Shown here: piece by piece, positions 36,310 to 45,857 of the stretch
How the letters are laid out: the number at the start of each line of letters is the position of its first letter
Numbering within the stretch: position 1 is the stretch's first letter
Assembly: GCF_006345805.1 (NCBI RefSeq)
Contig: NW_021834289.1
Span: 1-51,969 of the forward strand
DNA length: 51,969 nucleotides
Source: Octopus sinensis
Taxonomy: Eukaryota
Direction of reading: 5' to 3'
The notes under the pieces: generated by a model
Databases searched by the model: none
The model's input: the letters and a program-made list of their open reading frames with translations, nothing else
Told to the model about the DNA's origin: nothing
Program-made: the position numbers and the translations under genes

Positions 36310-36703
36310 TCTTTATATATAAAAGAGAAGTTGTGTGTCTGTCTCCTACGATTTAGATTCCTAACTACTCCCACATTTTGCGGTGCAGTTTAACCAAAAC
36401 CAGGTATTTTATAGTCGTGATTCATATCGAGCCCTTCTGGGTATTAGCGCGCATCTACGATGATTCTATGATTTAAAAAAAAAATTACCATCAATTTTTC
36501 CCATTTTTAATGCATTTTTGGCATATATAAGGGAAGTAACTCTCTAAAAATTTATTATTAAATCTCAGAACGTAAAAAGCTACAGTAACCCCCCTCCCTT
36601 TGTGGTTAGCCAAATTGAGATGGATATTATACTTTACATCTCTAAAAATGCTTATATAGTTATTTCCCTTACAAACCCGAGCAACGCCAGGCGATACTGC
36701 TAG
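36310..36703 (+). mobile_element. non-autonomous Helitron (394 bp)
   Basis: Starts TC(tttatatataaaag) after an A and ends with the hairpin cccgagcaacgccagg...CTAG before a T. These are the canonical 5'-TC, 3'-hairpin-CTAG termini and A^T target. Confidence 0.88.
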
Positions 36704-37589
36704 TAGAATATAAAAAGACATTACTAAACGCTAGAAAATATTTTGTTTTGGTGTTTTATCAATTCTGCTGCAGGGAAATCAAAACAAAAAGAAAAAAATC
36801 ATTCCATTCAGAGAACTGTGGTTAAGAAGTTTGCTTCTCAATTATGTGATGCCTTGGAGAAGTTTTTCTACAATGGCATATCGTATGAGTTGAATTCGAT
36901 GGTAATACATGGATTATATGGGAAATAATGTAGTAGCCCAGCATGTGCATATGCATAAGTGGATATCAATTCACAATGATATCAGCAAAAAATGTAAATA
37001 TTGGCAACGGAAATATGAAAATAAATAACTGCTTTACAAACTAGGTCTCATGTGATATTTGTTCTGCACTGAATAACATAAACTTCTTTGGTATGCACTC
37101 TTGCGTAAAAGAAATATAAAGCATAAGGAATTGACCAAATGAAATCCTGAAACCAACATTATTACTTCATCAATTACGATATAGAATAAAATAAATATAT
37201 GAATAAAGAGATAATAAAATCAATTGTGATATAATCAATGAATTACTGTACAAAACAGTTCAAGTAACAAGAAAAGTGTGACAATGAAGGTTGTACAACA
37301 AAAGCGGTGATGGCCGAAGGATGTGAGAGCATTCAATGACCAAGGATAAAAGCTTTGCTAACATACAACACAAAGGAGGTATACTGACCAGCATGCATTT
37401 AAAAGAGGGAAAGGAATGAGTTTTAAGAACAGTTTCAAAACAATCAAGGAAACATCGAAATAAAGAAAAATATTAAAAAAATTTTTAAACCTTAAAGTTC
37501 AGGAATTTTTCTCAGAAAAATCATAAAAATAGATGCACTTTTAGAGGGTAAGAACAAAACCGATACCTGTTGCACATAATAATTATTAT

Positions 37590-37743
37590 CTGTGTGTGTG
37601 TGTGTGTGTGTGTGTTTGTGTGTGTGTGCATGTGTTTGTGTGTGTTTGTGTGTGTGTGTGTGTGTGCGTGTGTGTTTGTGTGTGTGTTTGTGTGTGTGTT
37701 TGTTTTTTGTGTGTGTGTGTGTGTGTGTGCGTGTGTGTGTATC

Positions 37744-37774
<31 letters not shown>

Positions 37775-37850
37775 GCCTGTGTGTGTGCGTGTTTGTGTGC
37801 GTGTTTGTGTTTGTGTGTGTTTGTGTTTGTGAGGGTGTGTGTGTATTTGT
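37590..37850. repeat. long degenerate (GT)n microsatellite
   Basis: About 260 bp of interrupted GT repeats. Confidence 0.95.
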
Positions 37851-38309
37851 GAAGGTTCTTATAGGAAATAATAAAATAACAGAAATTATTTAGGATACTA
37901 AACTAATATTAACGAAATTATCAAAATAAATACAGAACAACATATGAATATAAAAAACAGATAAATAAATAAATAAATAAATACAGGTGCAGCACTGAAG
38001 TGTGAAATGTTATGACTTACCAATCCTCCGTGATTTCTCTGCCATAATGACCAAATAAGAAGAACAAGATGAAGACATATGCAGGAAGGAAGGAAGGAAG
38101 GGGAGGAGGACGACGATGACGAAGACAACAACAGTGATGATGACAAGATCATCAAAAGGAAGAATAATATATATTTCTCTTAATTGGCATCAAAATATAA
38201 TAATTAAGGTAAAGGATGACAATTAAGGATGAATGTCGTTAAGCATTTTTCCCAAACTCTGATGATTCTGCTAGCTCACCACTTTAATAATAATAACTAA
38301 TTATTCATC

Positions 38310-38640
38310 ATCATCATCATCATCATCATCATCGTTTAACTTCTGCTTTCCATGCTTGCATGGGTTGGACGATTTTGACTGAGGACTGGCGAAACCAGAT
38401 GGATGGCTGCACCAGGCTCCAATCTTGATCTGGCAGAGTTTCTACAGCTTGATGCCCTTCCTAATGCCAACCACTCCGAGAGTGTAGTGGGTGCTTTTAC
38501 GTGCCACCAGCACGAGGGCCAGTCATGCGGTACTGGCAACAGCCACGCTCAAATGGTGCTTTTTATGTGCCAACTGCACAGGAACCAGTCCAGCAGCACT
38601 GGCAACGACCTTGCTCAAATGTTTTTTCACGTGCCACCAG
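38310..38640 (-). mobile_element. repeat family D, long form
   Basis: (CAT)n gtttaac...gatgcccttcctaatgccaaccactccgagagtgtagtgggtgc plus subrepeats. A diverged plus-strand copy lies at ~39015-39245. Confidence 0.85.
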
Positions 38641-39852
38641 CACATTATTATTATTATTAATATTATTAAGGTGGTGAGCTGGTAGAATTGCTAGCATGCC
38701 AGGCAACATTCTTAGCACTATTTTGTCCATCTTTATGCTCTGAGTTCAAATTCTGCTGAGTCAATTTTGCCTTTCATCATTTTGGGGTCAATAAAATAAG
38801 TACCAGTTGCATACTGGAGTTGAGGTAATTGATTTACCCCCACCCCACCTGAACTTGCTGGCCATGTGCCAAAATTTAAAAACAATTATCATCAGTATTA
38901 TTATTATTATCATACTATTATTATTATTATTATTATTTTTGTTGTGGTACTCAAGAAGACCTGTACTCTACAGCAGAAGTGTTAAGACCAGTCCATCTGG
39001 TGGCGAAAAGCACTCCTGACAGTGCCACGTAAAAGCGCCCGTGCAGTGCCACTTAAAAACGCCCCTGCAGTGCCATGTTAAAAGCATCCAGCATGCTCTG
39101 TAAAGTGGTTGGCATTAGGGGAAGCATCCAGACATAGAAACCATATTAAATCAAACTGGAGTCTGGGGCGGCTCCCCAGCTTGCCAGCCCTGGTCAAACC
39201 ATACAACCCATGCCAGCATGGACAACAATCATTAAATGATTATTATCATTATTTATTGTTAATATTATTATTGATGTTATGAAAATGATGATGATGTCTT
39301 TTTAACATAAAACAACAATAGATTCAATGACTGCATGGATAAGATGCCAGACATCTAATCACAAGCTCATAAGCTCAAGTCTTAACTACAGCATGTTATA
39401 TATGGTCCTTTTTGGATGATGGACAGATAGAATTGTTTTGAGTGTTGGTATCGATGTTGGTATAATTCCATTTCTTTGAGGTATTGCCCATCTAGGCAAA
39501 CACCTGGAGGTAGCTAAGGAATGGATGCACTGAGGCATTGATATGAACTGATAAGGCGGCAAGCTGGCAGAAACGTTAGCACGCTAGGTGAAACACATAG
39601 CCGTATTTGGTCTGCTGTTACTTTCTGAGTTCAAATTTCCCCAAGGTCGACTTTGCCTTTCATCCTTTCGGGGTCGATAAATTAAGTACCAGTTACGCAC
39701 TGGGGTCAATATAATCGACTTAATTCATTTGTCTGTCCTTGTTTGTCCTCTCTGTGTTTAACCCCTTGTGGGTAGTAAAGAAATAGATATGCAGCATCTA
39801 ATTATCTAATAATAACTATTTGGAACTTGATGTAATTAGATTACACCAAGTT

Positions 39853-40436
39853 CCAAAATCGATAAGAGTATTGAATCACCTCTTCATATGTTATGTGGCA
39901 GCAAAAATGTAACAATCTCACACATTGTGAGTGAGTGTAGAAAACTGGCTCAAAAGGAACACAAAAGGAGGTATGATAATGTAACCAGGTATGTTCACTG
40001 GAGAATGTATGAAGAAGTACGATTTTGAAAGCTCATTGAAAAGATACACATATAAACCAGAAGGTGTCACTGAGAATAATGAGCAAAAGATCTTGTGGTA
40101 TTTTATACCATCCAGTGTGATTTGGTGATTGACGCTTGGAGACCAGACATTGTTGTAGTTGATAAAATGAAGAAAGAAACCAAGATCATAGATACTGCCA
40201 TGCCTGGAAGGGGTGTGCGAGTGGAAAATAAAGAATCGGAAAAGATTGAGAAGTACAAGCCACTAAAAAGATGAGATTGCACGAATGTGGGTAACAAATA
40301 AAATAACTGTGGTCCCAGTAGTTGTAGGGGCATCAGGTGCATTAACAACCAGGTTGGAGGAATTAGGGTAGAAATTGCTCGGAAAACTGCTTTATTGGGG
40401 ACAGAGAGGATTTTGAGACTGATACTTGAATGTTAA
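39853..40436 (+). mobile_element. non-LTR retrotransposon C-terminus (CCHC plus restriction-like endonuclease; R4/NeSL-type), pseudogenised
   Basis: KIDKSIESPL..CGSKNVTISHIVSECRKLAQKEHKRRYDNVTRYVHW, then after shifts IQCDLVIDAWRPDIVVVDKMKKETKIIDTAMPG...EKIEKYKPL. RPD..D is the RLE motif. Confidence 0.85.
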
Positions 40437-40437
40437 G

Positions 40438-40538
40438 TATGATATACCCTCCAACCCTCCAACCTTCAACAGGTGTCTTGACAAAATTTTGAACCTAGGT
40501 TCTCATTTCTAAGGTATATTTTTATGTTGTTACTACTA

Positions 40539-40574
<36 letters not shown>

Positions 40575-40860
40575 TCACAGGTATATGGCATAGTGGTTAA
40601 GAGCACGAGCTACTAACCCCAAGATTCGGAACTTGATTCCAGGCAGTGATCTGAATAATAATAATAACAACATCAAAAAATACCTTAGGAATGAGTACCC
40701 AGGTTAAAAATTTCCCCTGAGACACCTGATGAAGGCTTGGAGGGTATATCAGCCAAAACATTGTGTTAACAAAAAACAAGATGAGGGAAAATATCCGTCA
40801 AATGTAAATAATGTACATAATTCCTCATCTCTTAAATATAGAACTGAATTATCATCAGTA
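40438..40860. mobile_element. tRNA-headed element with a hammerhead-like tail, present as an inverted pair
   Basis: The plus copy (40579-40860) has an A/B-box-like head and gacac CTGATGA a ggct..agcc aAAA catt gtgtt at 40721-40767. 40438-40578 is a reverse-strand partial copy of the same tail. Confidence 0.75.
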
Positions 40861-41289
40861 TCATCATCATCACTATTACTACTGCCACCACACATTTTTG
40901 TCAATATAACAACAAACAGAATAGTAGCAGTAACAACAACAACAACAACAATTTATTTCATATTTAAAGAATTAAAAATGTTATACTCTCTTCCCCTCTA
41001 TTTTTCTGTCTCCAAGACTCCTGTAGCTGTCAGAAGACAGTTGGCAGTTTTCAAGCAATGAATTATAAATTACTTCCATTGTAGCTTTTCCAGATGCCCC
41101 CATTTCTTAATTCTTAATTGAAACATTTTAAACTACAGTTAATTTCATTTGACATGTTAACAAGCGAACTATAAGCGTCACTGTTGCTTTGTTCATTCGA
41201 CATCTTTTTGTGGAAAGACTATTGCAAATTTGGTACTGTGTTTAGCAAAAAACTTTGAATTGGTTGTTGAGACATAGGAATAAAATGTC

Positions 41290-41725
41290 TGACTAGATGG
41301 TTCATTGGTTCAAGCTGTACACTATGTCACTGGTCTTGCAAGTAGTGTTTAATCCTTGATCTTGACAAAGAGGGATATATACAGCAGAATGGGGTGCCAC
41401 TGCATGGTGCCAAAGATCCCAATATCACCATCAAAATACAGGACCAGATACTGCAACAGCTTGGGTTTCAGGGGACCACAGCTCTTCAATATCCTCCCTA
41501 AATGCCTGAGAGACCTGCATGGTGTGGATTCCTTTAAAACTAAACTGGATCTCTTCTTGTCAGAGGTTCCAGATGAACCTACCTCTCAGCAGGAAACACA
41601 GATGCAGGCAGTGGTGTCGAACTCCCTTGTTGACCAAGTGCCATGTATCAGAGATGGTTTCACATACAAGTGTAGCTCATTCAACGGTGGTGCCCCAGCA
41701 TGGCCGCAGCTTTTGGGCTGAAACA
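41290..41725 (+). mobile_element. 3' end of a CR1/L2-clade LINE
   Basis: ORF ...SLGFRGPQLFNILPKCLRDLHGVDSFKTKLDLFLSEVPDEP... is typical of CR1/L2 ORF2 ends. It ends in ggtggtgccccagcatggccgcagcttttgggctgaaaca. Confidence 0.85.
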
Positions 41726-41742
41726 TTTCTAAGGATTATACA

Positions 41743-41777
<35 letters not shown>

Positions 41778-41849
41778 GAGTTGCAGCCAGTTTTTCCAAC
41801 TGAGAGGATATAAAACCCTGTCTGTCTTTCTTCAACTTCTCTTTCTCTC

Positions 41850-41886
41850 TACCCACTGACGAAGGATTGCATCTGAAACGTTAGAT
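41850..41886 (+). ncRNA. hammerhead-like motif with complete core
   Basis: CTGACGA a ggat tgc atct GAAA cgtt. Core and GAAA are intact and stem II starts with a G-U pair, but stem I does not pair in this copy. Confidence 0.5.
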
Positions 41887-41989
41887 ATTCAACTTCTCAC
41901 GGCAAGTTCATTGTCCCCCTTTCACTTTTTTCTATATTTTTACAAGTTTTGCCGACGCAGAACTACACAAGATTCCTTGTAGTTTGCCT

Positions 41990-43545
41990 AATTATATATA
42001 TATATATATATTACATATGTTATAATTTAAAACGAACAGTAAGTTGTCATTATAGTACTAGGAGTTTTGAATGCAGAGCAAAGAGCTATGGTGCATTTTC
42101 GTCAGTTATTAATGGCAACAGAAGCTATGAAAAACGGTTGAATAGAAGGGAGGTTACTCTAATAGGTACAAAAAAGAAAAAAAGAAAAACGATAAAAAAA
42201 TACACACAACCATATTTTCACAACTCATAGATATAAAACCTCCAGTGTTCATAAAGTCTACATACATACACACTCACACAAACATGTATATGCACATGCA
42301 CATATACACACATACATATATGCGCATGTACGTACTCATACATATACACATATCTACACACACACATGTATATGGGTGTGTGTGTGTGTGTGTGTGCAAT
42401 TTCATCCTCATATACACATGGGTATCTGCATATATACATATTTATTTAGACATTTATATATATAAATACATATCTATATATATACAGGCATACAGTCACA
42501 CTCCTGCATATATGTATACACACACATATATATAAACATATATGTACATCATCATCGTCATGTGACTGTATGCCTGTATATATAGACATATATTTATATA
42601 TATATAAATGTCTAAATATATATATGTATGCATGCAGACACCTATGTGTATATGAGGATGACGTTACACATACAAACACACACATACATACATATGTGCC
42701 TGTCCTCCTATCCCAGAGATACACCCACACATATACAAATATATGCATATCCATATAAATGAAGGTGACGCATGGATGATGGTCGCACTTATGCACAAGA
42801 CACAGCCCTATACTCATATTACAAATATATACACATACACATATACACACGCACACACATATACACATAAAATATATATATACATATACTCACACACGTA
42901 CACATTCACACGCATATACATATAAAATATCTACATACATATACTCACCCACGGACACATTCACACAATTAAAAAGGAAAAAATAAAAAAATGAAAAAAT
43001 ATATACAAAAATTTAAAAATTAAAAGAAGACATAGGGAAGCTTATGCAGAAACATAGTAAAAATGTGGATTCTATCTGTGATCTTGGGGGGCCCTAAACC
43101 ATAACAGGTATTTTGTCACATACGGACATGAGCCAAAAAGTTCAGTTCTTGAATTTAGACATGTAGCAGGGTCCAAAGAACGTTTGCAGATGGGCCATCT
43201 TTCCATATTACAAAGATCGCACTTGCCACTACCATTGGTATAAGGTCTACACTTGGCCAAGATCTTCAAGTAAATCCTATAGCTGACACCTTCTTCTTTT
43301 AAGAACCATATATAACTGGATAATTTGGTAGGTCTTCGTTTATTCCAGTGTCTGAAGCTTAAGTTGTGATCGTTGAAACTTGCTTTGAAATTTCCCTCAG
43401 TGATACCCACATATCACTTTGACAAAATTGTGTTATTAGCATTCATAGAATTTATGGTGGCTTCATAAATAATAGCCTCGGAGTACTATAACGAGTATTA
43501 TAATGACAACTTACTGTTTGTTCTAAATTATAAAATATCTAAATA
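41990..43545 (-). mobile_element. 5'-truncated Penelope-like element (GIY-YIG C-terminus, 3' UTR, hammerhead, inverted terminal piece)
   Basis: 43072-43413 reads YVGITEGNFKASFNDHNLSF...TKLSSYIWFLKE...CRPYTNGSGKCDLCNME...LNSRTELFGSC, the PLE endonuclease region. Hammerhead-like motif at 42048-42113 (-). 43495-43535 is the reverse complement of 42020-42060. Confidence 0.85.
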
Positions 43546-43661
43546 ATCCTCTATTTCTCAAATATCGAGGTCTCATTTTTTGTTGTTACTTTTTATTATA
43601 TACATATATATAATAGGATATTGTAGTTCGCTGGAAGCATTGTGTATTGTTTGTGAAATGT

Positions 43662-43981
43662 AACGTGTCTTGAATGGTACAACAATACAGAGCAGACTAT
43701 AATAACTATTATAAAATAATTTAATTATTCATAGTGTAATATCATATTTTGGAATAGAAAAATTCCTTCTTGAGAGATTGCTGGGAAGTAATGGAGACAC
43801 TGTTATTGCCGGTTTTCCAATGGTTAGAAAACTGACTGTAACAGTAACTCCATTACTTCCTAGCAATCTCTGAAGAAGGAATTTTCTATTCCGAAATATT
43901 ATCTTAGACTATGAATAATTAAATTATTTATAATAGTTATTGTAGTTTACTCTGCATTGTTGTGCCATTCCAGACACGTTT
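43662..43981. mobile_element. foldback MITE-like palindrome, ~320 bp
   Basis: About 140-bp arms: aacgtgtct.gaatgg.acaacaat.cagag ... ggaatagaaaa.ttccttctt.agagattgct.ggaagtaatggag, and its reverse complement. Confidence 0.88.
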
Positions 43982-44224
43982 TATAAAAAACCAAAGAGTC
44001 CAGTGATATTGTTGTCGCTGTAGTGTTTTAGTCACTATGATAGAAGACATTCCAGTGGTGACAATCCTAGATTTTTAGACATAATCTATGTCAGACTACT
44101 TTCTAAAATCAGACTGTTCGTTTGTTGTAAAGCTGGCAAATTTGCTTGTGAAATTAATTCATAATTTCTTAAAATTATCTTCCTTGTCTCCTTAATTCTC
44201 AGCTGAGTAAACTGGAGCAATGTC

Positions 44225-44545
44225 AAATGATTAGTGACTTACAATCGTGAGTTTGTGAGTTCGGTTCCCAGACTGGGCTGCATGTTGTATTCTTGAGCAA
44301 GACACTTTATTTCACGTTGCTCCAGTTCACTCAGCTGTAGAAATGAGTTGCAACGTCACAAGTACCAAGCTGTATTGACCTTCGCCTTTCCCTTGGATAA
44401 CATTGGTGGCATGGAGAGGAGAGGCTGGTATGCATGGGTGACTGTTGGTCTTCCATAAACAACCTTGCCTGGACTTGTGCCTCAGAGGGTAATTTACTAG
44501 GTGCAATCCCATGTCATCCATGACTGAAGAGGGTCACCCTTTATA
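44225..44545 (+). mobile_element. SINE family E (CORE-like)
   Basis: cttgagcaagacactttatttcacgttgctccagttcactcagctgtagaaatgag...cttcgcctttcccttggataac. Confidence 0.85.
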
Positions 44546-44559
44546 TATATATATATAAG

Positions 44560-44870
44560 GGTAATGGTAAAGACTCCCTTCAGTCATGAATGAGCATGGA
44601 TTACACAGAAAGTTACCCTCTGAGGCACAAGTCCAGGCATCGTGATTTATGAGAGACCAGCAGTCACCCATACATACCAGCCTCCCCTCTCCATGCCACT
44701 GATGTTATCCAAGGGAAAGGTAAAGGGGCCAATAAAGTTCAGCACCAGTGACAACTCATTTCTACAGCTGAGTGAACTAGAGCAATGTGAAATAAAGTAT
44801 CTTGCTCAAGAACGCAACACACAGCCAGGCCTGTAAATTGAACTCAGTACCTCTGAGCCATGTGCCTTCA
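44560..44870 (-). mobile_element. SINE family E (CORE-like), inverted relative to the previous copy
   Basis: gttatccaagggaaagg...ctcatttctacagctgagtgaactagagcaatgtgaaataaagtatcttgctcaag. Confidence 0.85.
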
Positions 44871-45183
44871 TATATATATCTTCTTAATATAAATTTGAGT
44901 GATGTTCCTCTGTCCACTATGTTTTTATGTTCATTAAATCTTCCAAGACAGTTGTTTTTGAAGGGCTGCCTTATTGGGGCCCCACTGACGACACCCCGCC
45001 CCTATTTTTACTGCATTTACCTCTCTTCTATGCTTATTGATTAAACTATGATCAGCATCAATGCTTAGCACTTTTGCAGAAATAAGTTTCATTACACAAG
45101 GGTAGGGGGTGAAGGGATTCAAAGATGCCCTCCGCAGGAGCCATCCTGAATGCTGTCCGAAGGACAGCTTCGAGGCTAGAATA

Positions 45184-45240
<57 letters not shown>

Positions 45241-45246
<6 letters not shown>

Positions 45247-45502
45247 GGTTGTATACTGTCAACATAACATGACAGTCCCATAAAGGGAATTACACCACCG
45301 TTATTTAGCCCTAGGAAGCATTGACGCTTCCTGTTGGCTTTGACACATTTCCTGTGTCCGTATATTTGCGAAGGGGGGGCAAGCACCTCCACTAGGTAGG
45401 ATTAGCATCGACAGAAGCGTCGATGCTTCCTAGGGCTAAATAGTGGTGGTGTAATTCTCTTTACGGGACTGTCACATTATGTTGACAGTATACAACCACT
45501 CT
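45241..45502. mobile_element. MITE with ~90-bp terminal inverted repeats, related to 29731-29938
   Basis: gagtggttgtatactgtcaacataa...tatttagccctaggaagca / tgcttcctagggctaaata...ttatgttgacagtatacaaccactc. Confidence 0.88.
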
Positions 45503-45716
45503 ATCGCTCCACCACCACTCATGTCTCTTTGAGACATTTAGAAATTCAATATTTCTAATATATATATATATACACATACATATATAAGCACATGTGTCTG
45601 GTACATGTACATCTATTTACTAATGAAAGCCCTTAAATGATAGAAGAATGGTATTAAGATGCCAAAATATCAAAACAGACAAGAAACAAATTTTATAAAA
45701 ATATTTCAAAACTTAC

Positions 45717-45857
45717 CATCCGTTTTGTTCTTGAAATAAGTAGATTTGTTGTCAATCATGGCATCTACAGCCAGTTTCTCAGAGTAAAGGCTGGTGATGA
45801 TTGCAATGGTAGGCTGTTCGTGATATTGAAGGAATGGCAAGTCTTTAACCATTTTCA
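45717..45857 (-). CDS. coding exon (141 nt, phase 1-1) with the N-terminus of the nucleosidase domain
   Basis: ttttttttatactttgaacag|TG AAA ATG ... ACG GAT G|gtaagt. Encodes KMVKDLPFLQYHEQPTIAIITSLYSEKLAVDAMIDNKSTYFKNKTD(G). TIAIITSLYSE aligns with MTAN KIGIIGAMEEE, and it splices in frame to 18456. Confidence 0.92.

Noticed and set aside
2272-38660. Recurrent peptide LQLDALPNxNHSESVVGAF in several ORFs
   Set aside because: It is the reverse-strand translation of repeat family D, not a protein family.
3477-40650. tRNA-like cloverleaf fragments
   Set aside because: All are SINE heads fused to SINE bodies, without a complete acceptor stem. No true tRNA gene was found.
45850-45852. In-frame ATG (aaaATGg) as the true start codon
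   Set aside because: Not excluded, but it follows a strong acceptor in an open frame and the family as I recall it has a longer N-terminus. Left unresolved pending RNA-seq.
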